From an uncultured Verrucomicrobiae bacterium (GTDB lineage: Bacteria > Verrucomicrobiota > Verrucomicrobiia > Limisphaerales > Palsa-1400): a DNA stretch of 64,000 nucleotides. The position numbers and the translations under genes were made by a program. Of this stretch, positions 54,376 to 64,000 are shown piece after piece. The stretch is taken from the NCBI GenBank assembly GCA_963707025.1, contig CAVPOM010000011.1, positions 1 through 64,000 on the forward strand, given 5' to 3'. Below the pieces are notes generated by a model that was not told the DNA's origin, searched no databases, and saw only the letters and a program-made list of their open reading frames with translations. The number at the start of each line of letters is the position of its first letter. Within the stretch, counting starts at the first letter, position 1.

Positions 54376-54426
54376 GTGGACAATGTGTATGGCGACCGGA
54401 ACCTGGTCTGCGCCTGTCAAACATAA
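54371..54426 (+). pseudogene. Orphan second copy of the gcvP 3' end
   Basis: Encodes [17 protein letters not shown], versus [17 protein letters not shown] at 53066-53121. Confidence 0.92.
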
Positions 54427-56693
54427 TTGACGCGCAGCAAAGCCTTGAGCCGTTCGCGGAAAAACGGGCTGGCCGACGACAGGATCAAAAACGGCAGCAG
54501 CATCGCGCAAGTGAACATGGCCATAAACAGTCCGATCGCAAGGAACGGGCCGAAACCAGTGCTGAAAGGCAACCCCAGCGGGCCCCATAGATACCACGCC
54601 GCCGACACCGCGACCCAGACGGCCACCACGGACAAGAAAAGCCACACGCCCAGCCGGAACGCGCCCCCGCGCCCCCGGCTGGCCAGCCCGCCCAAAACGA
54701 AAGCGGCGGCGACCACCAAGGCCAGCACCGCCAGCGGACCCAGCAACGGCATCCCCAACGCCCCGGCGCCGGTCGTGGCCGAAAATTGTCGCGGGTCGAA
54801 AAGGCCCAGGATTGGCTCGACTTCCTGGTCCCAACCCGCCATGGCCGCAAGGCTGAAAACGATAACCACCGCCAAGAGCAACCAGCCGACGAGGAAACCG
54901 CCGAAGCGAGGGATGCCCCCAAGCCAGGATGCCAGCAACCAGAGCGCGGCCAACCCAAACGCCAGCGCGACGGGAACATCGCACAGCACCTCAAACGCCC
55001 CCTTGGGCATACCCGCGCTCGAGCTTTCAATTCCCAATTCCAGGTAATGCCACCCGGCTGCCAAGCCGGCCAGCGGCAGCCAAATCCACCAAGCGCGCCA
55101 GCCGCGATTGGGTTTAAGCGCCAGCAAAGCCAGGATGGCCAGCCATGGCAGCAAAGGCGCCATCGTGCCCTCTGCCATCCAATCGCAAGTTACCGGCGGA
55201 CCTTCCGTGGCGCCCAGCCCGCCCAAACCCCACGAAGCTGCGATTTGCAGTTCGCCTCCCGTCCTGGAGGGTACTCGCCATGAGTACGCGCAGAAGCCGT
55301 CTCAGCCAAATTCAAATTGGCCCGCCCCGATTTCTTTCCCCGACTTGCGGACGGTAAATTGCGGAGCAATCCGGTTGGTCCCTTGCCACACTCTGTATTC
55401 TCCGCCGCTGGCGCCGATTAATCGGTGGCTGAGAATCAACTGCCGCCCCTGACGGGTGGCGGAGACGGAATTAGTCAACGGCCCTCCCACGGCTAAAACC
55501 GCGGGCCGCTGCTCATCCACCGCGATGGCCTGCTCAGGCGACGGCGGACTTAACACCGGCAGTTTCGCCCCGGTGACTTCCTCCAGCATGTTCGCCTTCC
55601 CGGTTTGCGGCAGGCCGAAATTGAAGTAGGCTCGCGTCTGGCCCTGCTGGAGCCAGACGCGATAAGGATGGTATCGGTCGGTCGGCACTTTCACGATGCC
55701 CGGAGGATGGGCCAGCACCACCACGTACTTTTCTCCCGTCAGGACGAGGCGTTCAATGAAGCTGCCGGTGATTCGCAATTCGCCCAGCGCGGCTGGTTGT
55801 TCGGTCAGCCGCAACGCCAGTTTGTCTTCAGGTCCTTGAGGCTCGGCGTTCCAATCCAATAAGCAGGCGTGTCCCTCGAAGAACACCCTTGGGGAAAAGG
55901 CGAACGTGTCCGACGCCCTGACCACACAGTTCTGCTCTGTCCAGGGAATCACGTACACGCCACCCGGCTCGCTGCAGGCCAGGAACGGCCGGTTCCGCTC
56001 TTCCCAGGGACGCAGCAACAATTGGCCGTGGCGGAAGGAGCCAGGCTCGTCTGACATATTCTGCACCAACCCCGCCTGCCAATCATGGCCTTGCAGAGTC
56101 AACTTGCCTTGCCAACAGGAGCGCAAGGCCGCATTGCAGAGCGGCTGCCCCGGCCGCCGGGCGGAGTCCAGGGAGAAACGCAGGTCCACCAGCATCGGCG
56201 CGCCGCCGGAGGAGGCGGGAAACGACAAGTGGATGTTGGTGAACATCTGGTTCAGGAAAGTCGGTTCTGACGACCACATGGCCTGCCCCGAAAACATCCC
56301 GGCAGGATCCTCCGCCCAATCCGGGTTCCGCTTCAGACCGAGGCAGAGTTTTTTCGCGCCGCATTGCCAGAGGAAAGGAATGGCGTTGCCTGGGTTGGCG
56401 CCGAACTTCAATACTCCGCGCACGACCGGACCGGCAGCCAGCGCCGGCTCTTTTGGGAATGGAACAGACCGGCGCTCGATGGGAACATCCCGGAACAGGA
56501 ATTGGTAACTCGTCTCGTGATACTCCAACGCAACGGTCGTCGTGTTGGAGGAAGGGGAACTGGCAGGAACAGAATCAGCGGCGCAAAGAGCATGGCCCGA
56601 ACAAAGCGCCACCAGCAGCACCGGGGTCAGCCAAGCCACTCCGGCGTTTCCCAGCCAGCGCCACGAAAAACAGCCAGTCCTCCGTTTTGCCAT
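54417..56693 (-). CDS. Exported domain plus multi-TM protein (about 758 aa) with an in-frame UGA at 55302-55304; candidate selenoprotein
   Basis: ORFs 55302..56765 and 54417..55226 are in the same frame and only one TGA separates them: GQFEFG*DGFCAYSWRVP... Confidence 0.6.
55271..55287 (-). promoter_or_regulatory. Candidate bacterial SECIS hairpin
   Basis: mRNA GUACUC-AUGGC-GAGUAC; the loop starts 20 nt after the UGA and contains GG. Confidence 0.45.
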
Positions 56694-56948
56694 GAGACAA
56701 CTTAATAGCACATCCAGAAACCTGCAACAAGATAACTCCGGGGCAGGGGGAGGGGCGGGCGCCAAAACCTAATTCCTCATCCCCATCCTGATCCCGCAGC
56801 CGATTCTGCGGGAGCCGTTGATCGCAATTGCCGCGCAGGAATTCGCAAGATATGAGGAGGCTGCCCAGGACCGGTCATTATAGTCTTGCCCCGATTTGCA
56901 TAATGATATTGAGTAGTCTGATCACGACCTATCCATGCCCATGATGCT

Positions 56949-58256
56949 ATGAGCCAAACCACCCGATTCGTATTGTCGCAGGCCGATATCCCCAAGCAAT
57001 GGTACAACCTGCTGGCCGATTTTCCCGAACCGCTGCCCCCGCCGCTCCATCCGGGCACGCGCCAGCCGGTCTCGCCGGATATGTTGACGCAGATTTTTCC
57101 TGAAAACCTCGTCCAGCAGGAGATGTGCCCGGACCGGTGGGTCGAAATCCCCGAAGCGGTGCGCGAGGTCTATGCGCTCTGGCGGCCCACCCCGCTGTTG
57201 CGCGCGGTGCGGTTGGAGCGCGCCCTGAAAACCCCGGCCCACATCTATTACAAGTATGAAGGGGCCAGTCCGGCCGGCAGCCACAAGCCCAACACGGCGG
57301 TGGCGCAGGCTTACTTCAACAAGGCCGCCGGCACCAAGCGGCTGGCCACCGAAACCGGCGCCGGCCAATGGGGATCCTCCCTCGCCCTGGCCTGCCAGTT
57401 GTTTGGACTGGACTGCAACATCTACATGGTCAAGGTCAGCTACCAGCAAAAGCCCTACCGCCGCATGCTCATGCACACCTGGGGCGCGACGGTTCATGCC
57501 AGTCCCAGCGATCAGACCAGTTTCGGCCGCAAACTGCTGGCCCAGGACCCGCAGTGTCCCGGCAGCCTGGGCATCGCCATCAGCGAAGCCATCGAGGACA
57601 CCGTGACCCATCCGCACACCAAGTATTCCCTGGGCAGCGTGCTCAACCACGTTTGCCTGCACCAGACGGTGATCGGCCAGGAAGCCATCCGCCAGATGGA
57701 AATGGCCGGCGAGGAACCGGACTCCATCTACGCCTGCGCGGGCGGGGGCAGCAATTTCTCCGGACTGGCCTTCCCCTTCCTGCAAAGGAAAATCAAAGAC
57801 AAGAAGAATTATCGCATCGTGGCCGTCGAACCCTCCGCCTGCCCGTCGCTCACCCGGGGCGAGTTGCGCTACGATTTTGGCGACACGGCAGAGACGACGC
57901 CCCTGCTCATGATGTACACCCTGGGCCACCAGTTCATGCCGCCGTCCATCCATGCGGGTGGCCTGCGCTATCACGGCATGTCGCCCATGGTCAGCCACGC
58001 CCTCAAGCTGGGGTTGATCGAGGCCCAGGCCATTCACCAGACCAAGGTGTTTCAGGCCGGGACCCTCTTTGCCCGCACCGAAGGCATCGTGCCCGCGCCG
58101 GAAGCGGCCCATGCCATCGCGGCGGTCATTGCCGAGGCCGAGCAGGCGCGCGAGGCGGGGCAAAAACGCGTCATCCTGTTCAATCTTTCGGGGCACGGAT
58201 TGCTCGACCTCAGCGCCTACGAAACCTACCAAATGGGCAAGATCCAGGACGTCTAA
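56949..58256 (+). CDS. trpB2: TrpB2-type stand-alone tryptophan synthase beta-like PLP enzyme
   Basis: [62 protein letters not shown]. Confidence 0.93.
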   Translation: MSQTTRFVLSQADIPKQWYNLLADFPEPLPPPLHPGTRQPVSPDMLTQIFPENLVQQEMCPDRWVEIPEAVREVYALWRPTPLLRAVRLERALKTPAHIYYKYEGASPAGSHKPNTAVAQAYFNKAAGTKRLATETGAGQWGSSLALACQLFGLDCNIYMVKVSYQQKPYRRMLMHTWGATVHASPSDQTSFGRKLLAQDPQCPGSLGIAISEAIEDTVTHPHTKYSLGSVLNHVCLHQTVIGQEAIRQMEMAGEEPDSIYACAGGGSNFSGLAFPFLQRKIKDKKNYRIVAVEPSACPSLTRGELRYDFGDTAETTPLLMMYTLGHQFMPPSIHAGGLRYHGMSPMVSHALKLGLIEAQAIHQTKVFQAGTLFARTEGIVPAPEAAHAIAAVIAEAEQAREAGQKRVILFNLSGHGLLDLSAYETYQMGKIQDV

Positions 58257-58282
58257 ACCTCAGTCAGCCATAACCAAATCCA

Positions 58283-59188
58283 ATGAAAAACCAAATCCTC
58301 CCCTGTCTCCTTGCGGCCGCGCTCGCCGCCCTTCCCGGCGCCATCCAGGCCCAACCCGACGCCCATTACATTCCCGGCGTGGAAGGCATCAAGGGCGCCT
58401 CCCTCCCGCCCCCCGGCTTTTACCTGCGGGACTACAACGTGTTCTATGTGGCCAGCCAGGTGAACAACGGGGCCGGGCAAAGCGCCGGCCCGCCCAATTT
58501 CCAGGCGCTGACACTGGCCACCGTGCCGCGCGCCGTCTGGATCACCGACACCAAATTCCTCGGCGGCTGCGTCGGGGTGGACGCCTTGCTGCCGATCGTT
58601 TACCAAACCTTGAGCCTGGACACTCCCGGGGGCATGTTCCACAATAGCACCCTTGGGATCGGCGACTTCTTTGGCGAGGGCACCCTGTCCTGGCATCCCC
58701 AACAATTCGACTTCTCCGTGGGGGCCGGCCTTTGGATGCCGACGGGCGATTCTTCCCCCAGTCCAACCTCAACCCGCGTCGGCTCCGGCTTTTGGACGCC
58801 CATGCTCACCGCCGGAGCCACTTGGTATCCCGACGCGGCCAAGACCTGGGCGGTTTCGGCGCTTAGCCGCTACGAGATCAACAGCACGGACCGCGAAACG
58901 GACGAAACGCCCGGCCAGGCTTACACGCTGGAATGGGGCGTCAGCAAGTCGGTCACCAAGACGATTGACGCCGGGGTGGTCGGTTATTACCAGCAGAGGA
59001 TCACGACGAGCAAGGGACCCAATCCGGCGGAATTTCCCTACAGCCGGGTGGCGGCGGTCGGCCCCGAAATCAGCCTGGCCATTCCAAGCTGGATGCTGTT
59101 TGCATCGTTGCGCTATGATTACGAATTCATGGCCGACAACCGCGCCCAAGGCCACACCGTGGTCCTCACCCTGACAAAGAGATTCTGA
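58283..59188 (+). CDS. COG4313 / Phenol_MetA_deg (SphA-like) outer-membrane channel
   Basis: Signal peptide, HYIPGVEG...PPPGFY, GIGD, MPTG, GYYQQ..T, AVGPE, C-terminal Phe. Confidence 0.85.
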   Translation: MKNQILPCLLAAALAALPGAIQAQPDAHYIPGVEGIKGASLPPPGFYLRDYNVFYVASQVNNGAGQSAGPPNFQALTLATVPRAVWITDTKFLGGCVGVDALLPIVYQTLSLDTPGGMFHNSTLGIGDFFGEGTLSWHPQQFDFSVGAGLWMPTGDSSPSPTSTRVGSGFWTPMLTAGATWYPDAAKTWAVSALSRYEINSTDRETDETPGQAYTLEWGVSKSVTKTIDAGVVGYYQQRITTSKGPNPAEFPYSRVAAVGPEISLAIPSWMLFASLRYDYEFMADNRAQGHTVVLTLTKRF

Positions 59189-59772
59189 TGGTCCGCTGTC
59201 TTCCGCCGGGCCAGTGGCCCGGCGGGGCGGGTCCCGACTGCATCGGGATTCCACCCAGGCCGCAAGAAATCTCCGGGTGGCCCGCGGACCGCTCCGCGCC
59301 GGTGGCCCCTTCACTAAGGGGCAAGCTTGCCGCGCAAGTGTCTAATGCTTACGGTCTTGCAAACATCCGCATTTTTCCATTGCCGGCACGACTTTACATG
59401 CTAAAATTGCATAGTGAGAAGGGGCAAGGCAACAGCGGCATCGGACGGCGGCGGGAGCAGGATTCCTCCCCTGCTGCCTTCCGCATTTGCCCCTTACCGG
59501 TCAAACCCGGTCAAAGCCGGTCAAACCATTTTTTTAACCTTGACCAAGGCGCCAAAACCACCGCAGCACTCCACCCCTCCACCACTCCACCACTCCATCA
59601 CTCCATCACTCCATCACTCCAATACTCCACCGGTCCACCGGGGATTTTGTATTTCGCGGTTCAAAACCAGCCCCGGTTATTACCACCCTTTATGAGCCAG
59701 CCGTTCCGCAAGCAGGCCATTTGCATAAACGCAGTTTCTTTTCGTGGTTAAAGATGATAAATGCCTTCCCCT

Positions 59773-60243
59773 ATGTCAAATCACCGAGCTGTCATCCGCT
59801 GGAAACGCACCGGCGCCGACTTCCTCAACGGCCGCTATTCGCGCGAACATACCTGGAGCTTCGACGGCGGACTGTCCGTCCCGGCCTCGCCGTCGCCGTC
59901 GGTGGTGCCCGCGCCCTTCTCCAATCCGGCTCACCTTGACCCTGAGGAGGCCTTCGTCGCCTCTGTTTCGAGCTGTCACATGCTCACTTTTCTCCATCTG
60001 GCTTCGCGCGCCGGTTTTGTCGTGGACAGCTATCAGGATGAGGCCGTCGGGGTGATGACCAAAAACGAGAAGGGAGTGGCTTGGATCAGTTCCATCACCC
60101 TGCATCCGGACATCTCCTGCAGCGGCGAAAAAGTGCCGGCGCCCGCGGACCGGCAGCGCCTGCACCATCTCGCCCATGAACAATGTTTCATCGCCAATTC
60201 CATCAAGACGGAAGTGGTGGTCGCTGATGGGGGCGCGCCGTAA
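59773..60243 (+). CDS. OsmC/Ohr-family protein
   Basis: YSREHTW, DPEEAFVASVSSCHML, AHEQCFIANS. Confidence 0.9.
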   Translation: MSNHRAVIRWKRTGADFLNGRYSREHTWSFDGGLSVPASPSPSVVPAPFSNPAHLDPEEAFVASVSSCHMLTFLHLASRAGFVVDSYQDEAVGVMTKNEKGVAWISSITLHPDISCSGEKVPAPADRQRLHHLAHEQCFIANSIKTEVVVADGGAP

Positions 60244-60265
60244 AGGGCCGCTTATGAATCGTGGA

Positions 60266-61927
60266 ATGAGCCGCCAAAAGCCCGGCCGGAACCCTCCTCC
60301 GAAGCCTCCTGCCGAGAGGAAGGGGAACTCAGCCGGCACGATCCCCTGGCCCCGCGTGGAACTGCTCGCCGCCATGGCGTTGAGCCTTTGGATCCTGCTG
60401 TTGCATGGCTTGTTCCTTTTCCACGCCGGCCCTCTTTGGCGTGATGAAGTCGGCACCATTGATTTTGCCACCATGCCCACGCTTTCGGACATCTGGCATC
60501 ATCTGCAGTACGACAATTTCCCGCCGCTCTTCGTGGGCCTGGCGCGGGTGTGGACACGGGCCGGAGGGTCCGGCGATTTCAGCTGTCGCCTCCTCGGCTT
60601 TCTCGTCGGCGCGGGCACGCTCGGCGTCTTTTGGTTTGGCGCGCGCAGTTGCGGAGCGCGCGTGCCGCTGCTCGCCCTGGCCCTTTACGCCGTCAATCCG
60701 CTGGCCGTCCGGGTGGGAGATGCCATGCGCCCCTACGGGCTGGGGTTGGCCCTGACGCTGCTGGCCTTGACGCTCACCTGGAAATTCGTGGAAAGCCCGC
60801 GCGCGCGATCCTGGTGTTGGGCGGCCTTGGCGGCGGTGCTGAGTGTGCAGTGCCTCTATCAAAACGCCTTCCTCCTGGCCGCCTTCTGCCTGGCCGGCTG
60901 CGCCGCGACCCTGGCCCGCCGGCAGTGGAAAACCGCCGCGCAAACGGCGGGGTTGGGCGTGGTGGCCGCGCTCTCCCTGCTGCCGCATTGGCCGAATATC
61001 AGCAAGGGCCGGGATTGGCAGGGGATTGGCTTTCATCAGGTGCATCCGGCGGAGATCGGCCGGGCGTTGGTGGAAGCCTTAAACGCCGCCGGTCCCTGGC
61101 TGGTCTGGTTTTGGGCGGGACTGGCTCTGCTGGCCGTCGGGACAGCCCTCGTGTTCGTGATGCGTTGGCGGGCCTGGCGGATGGTTTACTTTGGCGCCGC
61201 CTTGCTGGCCGCCGTGCTCTTCTACGGGCTTTTTCTGGAAAGAGTCGGACTGCAACAGCGCTCCTGGTATTTCCTGATCCTGCTCGCGCCCGTGGCTCTG
61301 GCCATGGACATCATCCTGGCCGGCCCCGCCGCTCCGCGGATGCGCCTGGGCCGGGCCGGCCTGGCCCTGCTCCTGGCCGCCTCCGCCATTCCCGCCGGCT
61401 ACGCCGCCGTGCAAATCCGCCAAAGCAATGCCGACTTGGTGGCGGAGGCATTGCGGCAAAAAGCCCGCCCCGGCGATTTGATTTTAGTTTCACCCTGGTA
61501 TTACGGAGTGGCCTTGCAACGCTACTACACCAACCACTTCGAGACCTTGCCGCCGATGGCGGTGGAAGCCATCCGCATCCACCGCTACGACCTGATGAAG
61601 CAACAAATGATGGCGGAAAACCCCATCGGCCCGCTCCTGGAACAGGCGCGGCAAACCTTGCGCTCCGGCCATGCTTTCTGGGTGGTGGGCGACTTCCAAT
61701 TCCCGCCGCCCGGCCGGCCCCAGCCCCTCCTGCCGCCCTACCGCCAGGACATGGTCATGGACGTGGCCGCCGCCTGGTATTTTTCCAGTTGGATGTTCCA
61801 GTTTTCCCAAATGGTCCAGGCCCACGCCCCCTCCCAGTTGCAGATGGAGCTGGCCGCGCCCGGCGGCGCCGCCATCAACGGCTTGGAGGACATGTTCCTG
61901 TTGCAGTTCAGCGGATGGAAAGAATAA
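60266..61927 (+). CDS. Multi-TM GT-C/PMT-like glycosyltransferase
   Basis: LWRDE, DNFPPLF, MRPYGL, many TM helices, periplasmic C-terminal domain. Confidence 0.7.
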   Translation: MSRQKPGRNPPPKPPAERKGNSAGTIPWPRVELLAAMALSLWILLLHGLFLFHAGPLWRDEVGTIDFATMPTLSDIWHHLQYDNFPPLFVGLARVWTRAGGSGDFSCRLLGFLVGAGTLGVFWFGARSCGARVPLLALALYAVNPLAVRVGDAMRPYGLGLALTLLALTLTWKFVESPRARSWCWAALAAVLSVQCLYQNAFLLAAFCLAGCAATLARRQWKTAAQTAGLGVVAALSLLPHWPNISKGRDWQGIGFHQVHPAEIGRALVEALNAAGPWLVWFWAGLALLAVGTALVFVMRWRAWRMVYFGAALLAAVLFYGLFLERVGLQQRSWYFLILLAPVALAMDIILAGPAAPRMRLGRAGLALLLAASAIPAGYAAVQIRQSNADLVAEALRQKARPGDLILVSPWYYGVALQRYYTNHFETLPPMAVEAIRIHRYDLMKQQMMAENPIGPLLEQARQTLRSGHAFWVVGDFQFPPPGRPQPLLPPYRQDMVMDVAAAWYFSSWMFQFSQMVQAHAPSQLQMELAAPGGAAINGLEDMFLLQFSGWKE

Positions 61928-61995
61928 TTAACCATGCCGTCGCTTTTGTTCCCTTGCCGCAGCGGAAAGGGTGCGCTAACAATGGGCCGGAGCCT

Positions 61996-62680
61996 ATGAA
62001 AACCAAAATCCTGGTGGTGGATGACGAACCGGACGCGCTGGAATTGATCGAGGTCAATTTGAAGGGCGCCGGCTTCGACGTGCTCAGCGCGGCCAACGGC
62101 CGGCAGGCTTTGGAAAAGGCCCGCGCCACCCAGCCCGCCCTGGTCCTGCTCGATGTCATGCTGCCCGAAGTGGACGGTTGGGAAGTCTGCAAAAGCCTGC
62201 GGCGCGATCCCAAAACCGCCGCGCTCCCCATCATCATGCTCACGGCCCGGGCCGCCGAAATTGACCGCATCGTCGGCCTGGAGCTGGGGGCCGATGATTA
62301 CATCACCAAACCGTTCAGCCCGCGCGAACTGATCCTGCGCATCAAGAACCTGTTGAAACGCCAGGCCGCCCCGTCGGAAGCGGCCCAGCAGATCCGCTTC
62401 GCCGGCATGGTCATTGACCGCGCCCGCCACTGTGTCACATATAAGGATAAGCCGCTCGACCTGACCCTGACCGAGTTCAAACTGGTCACCGTCCTGGCCG
62501 AGCGCAAGGGCCGCGTCCAGTCCCGCGAGCAGCTTTTGAAGGACGTTCTGGGGCTACAATACTTTTATTGACACCCGCACCGTGGACACCCACATGCGCC
62601 GCCTGCGCGACAAACTGGGCGAGGCCGCCAAACTCCTCGACACCGTGCGCGGCGTCGGCTACCGGTTCCTGGAACAATGA
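61996..62680 (+). CDS. phoB: OmpR/PhoB-family response regulator (frameshift near 62548)
   Basis: [28 protein letters not shown], then [11 protein letters not shown]...TVRGVGYRF in the shifted frame. Confidence 0.8.
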
Positions 62681-63906
62681 AGGGCAAACCATCCGCAATT
62701 GACAGCATGCCCTGGCCTCTCCTGATCTTAGCCGCCTGCGCCGCGCTCCTCTGGTTCCAGCACTGGTGGCTGCTGCGCCGTCATCAGGCCGAGCGGGACA
62801 GGGCCGGGCGCGACTTTGCCGATACGGCCCGGCAGGAGGAGCGCGAAGTGGAGGCCCGGTCCCAGGCCCGCCAGCAAACGCTCTTCAACAGCATGATCGA
62901 AGGGGTGCTGTTGCTCGACACCGATGGCCGCGTCCAGTTGGTCAACGATTCCCTGCGCAAAGGTTTTGGCCTGGCCGAAAACATCCGCGGCCAGACCATC
63001 ATGGAGGTCTTTCGCTGGCATGAACTGGCCGCCCTCTCCGAGCGCCTGCCCCGGGAGAAAATCATTTCCGGGGTGGAGCTGGACATGCAGCGCGGCAGCC
63101 GCCGCTCCTGGCAGATCAGCGCCGCCCTGGTCAGCGACCGCCCCGGCGGCCCCCAGGGCCAGCTCCTGGTTTTTCACGATGTGACCCGCCTCAAGGAACT
63201 GGAAAGCATCCGCAAGGAATTTGTCGGCAACGTCAGCCACGAATTGCGCACCCCGCTTTCCCTCATCAAGGGTTTTGCCCAGACCCTGCTCGACGGCGCC
63301 ATGCACGATCCCGAACAAGCAGCCCGCTTCCTGCAGAAGATTGACAAACACTCCGACCGCCTCCTCTTTCTCATCGAGGATTTGCTGGCCATCTCGCGCC
63401 TCGAATCCGGCCAGGTCGCCCTGAACGTCCAGGCGGTCAGCCTGCGCGACATGGCCCAGCGCGTGGTGGACGACCTGGGCGCCCCGGCCGCCGCCCGCCA
63501 AACCGCGCTGGAAAACCGCATCCCCGCCGCCCTCTCCGTCCGGGCGGATGCCGACCGCCTCCCCCAGGTTTTTTTCAACTTGACAGAAAACGCCATCAAA
63601 TACGGCAAGACGGCCGGCCGCGTCATCCTGGACGCCCGCGAAGCGGAGGGGCAGAAGGTGGAGGTCTCGGTGGCCGACGACGGCCCGGGCATTCCCCCCG
63701 ACGCCATCGGCCGCATTTTTGAGCGGTTCTACCGGGTGGACCGCGCCCGTTCCCGCGAAAGCGGCGGCACCGGCCTGGGGCTGGCCATTGTCAAACATAT
63801 TGTTCAGGCCCACGGCGGCGAGGCCTGGGTCAAAAGCGATCTGGGCCGGGGCGCCTCCTTCCATTTCACCATCCCGCGAGCCGCCGCCCCCGCCGCCAAG
63901 CCGTGA
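62677..63906 (+). CDS. phoR: PhoR-like PAS sensor histidine kinase
   Basis: [55 protein letters not shown]. Confidence 0.82.
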   Translation: MKGKPSAIDSMPWPLLILAACAALLWFQHWWLLRRHQAERDRAGRDFADTARQEEREVEARSQARQQTLFNSMIEGVLLLDTDGRVQLVNDSLRKGFGLAENIRGQTIMEVFRWHELAALSERLPREKIISGVELDMQRGSRRSWQISAALVSDRPGGPQGQLLVFHDVTRLKELESIRKEFVGNVSHELRTPLSLIKGFAQTLLDGAMHDPEQAARFLQKIDKHSDRLLFLIEDLLAISRLESGQVALNVQAVSLRDMAQRVVDDLGAPAAARQTALENRIPAALSVRADADRLPQVFFNLTENAIKYGKTAGRVILDAREAEGQKVEVSVADDGPGIPPDAIGRIFERFYRVDRARSRESGGTGLGLAIVKHIVQAHGGEAWVKSDLGRGASFHFTIPRAAAPAAKP

Positions 63907-63951
63907 TCCGCCTGGAGCGGCGCTCTGTGACCGCCGCCCATCACGCTTCCC

Positions 63952-64000
63952 TCAATCGGTGGTGATCTCCATCATGGCCTTTTCCAAATCGAGGCACAAC
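63952..64000 (-). CDS. Possible 3' end of a gene entering from the right edge
   Basis: ...LCLDLEKAMMEITTD*, convergent with phoR across a REP. Confidence 0.35.
   Translation of the reverse strand, partial: LCLDLEKAMMEITTD

Noticed and set aside
56893..56920. dif site (GATTTGCATAATGATAT...)
   Set aside because: Only the XerC half resembles dif; the XerD arm TTATGTTAAAT is absent. More likely the trpB2 promoter region.
60550..61995. 673-aa ORF as an N-terminally extended response regulator
   Set aside because: The upstream part is an alternative frame of the glycosyltransferase; the receiver domain starts at ATG61996.

Overview
GC-rich bacterial chromosome segment, probably Verrucomicrobiota (Pedosphaera/Limisphaera-like; inferred from the protein families and repeat types, not proven). 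About 11 genes, several of them conserved housekeeping genes, carry single-base frameshifts, often in or next to short homopolymers. This points to long-read assembly errors, so these are not called pseudogenes. Left end: the boundary of an integrative element at tRNA-Thr(TGT), with a tyrosine integrase and an excisionase-like gene split by a complete IS3 (3-bp GTT target duplication). Backbone: hrpB, hisF, xerC, radC, M6 and M64 peptidases, a PVC-type envelope operon, lolD/lolC-E, nfo, a 2-oxoacid dehydrogenase E1a/E1b/E2 cluster, deaD, gcvP, trpB2, osmC and phoBR. Accessory DNA: a TM-WYL/vsr/C5-MTase/REase island, a palindrome-bounded cassette region (20.6-23.1 kb), a BglII-like REase plus MT-A70 pair, two TA modules that each lie between two diverged copies of a housekeeping gene 3' end, and an intact-looking group II intron inside an L7Ae-like gene. 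Best novel candidate: the two minus-strand ORFs at 54417-56693 are one reading frame joined by a single UGA in a G-U-x-x-x-C context, followed by a SECIS-like hairpin. This suggests an unannotated membrane selenoprotein.
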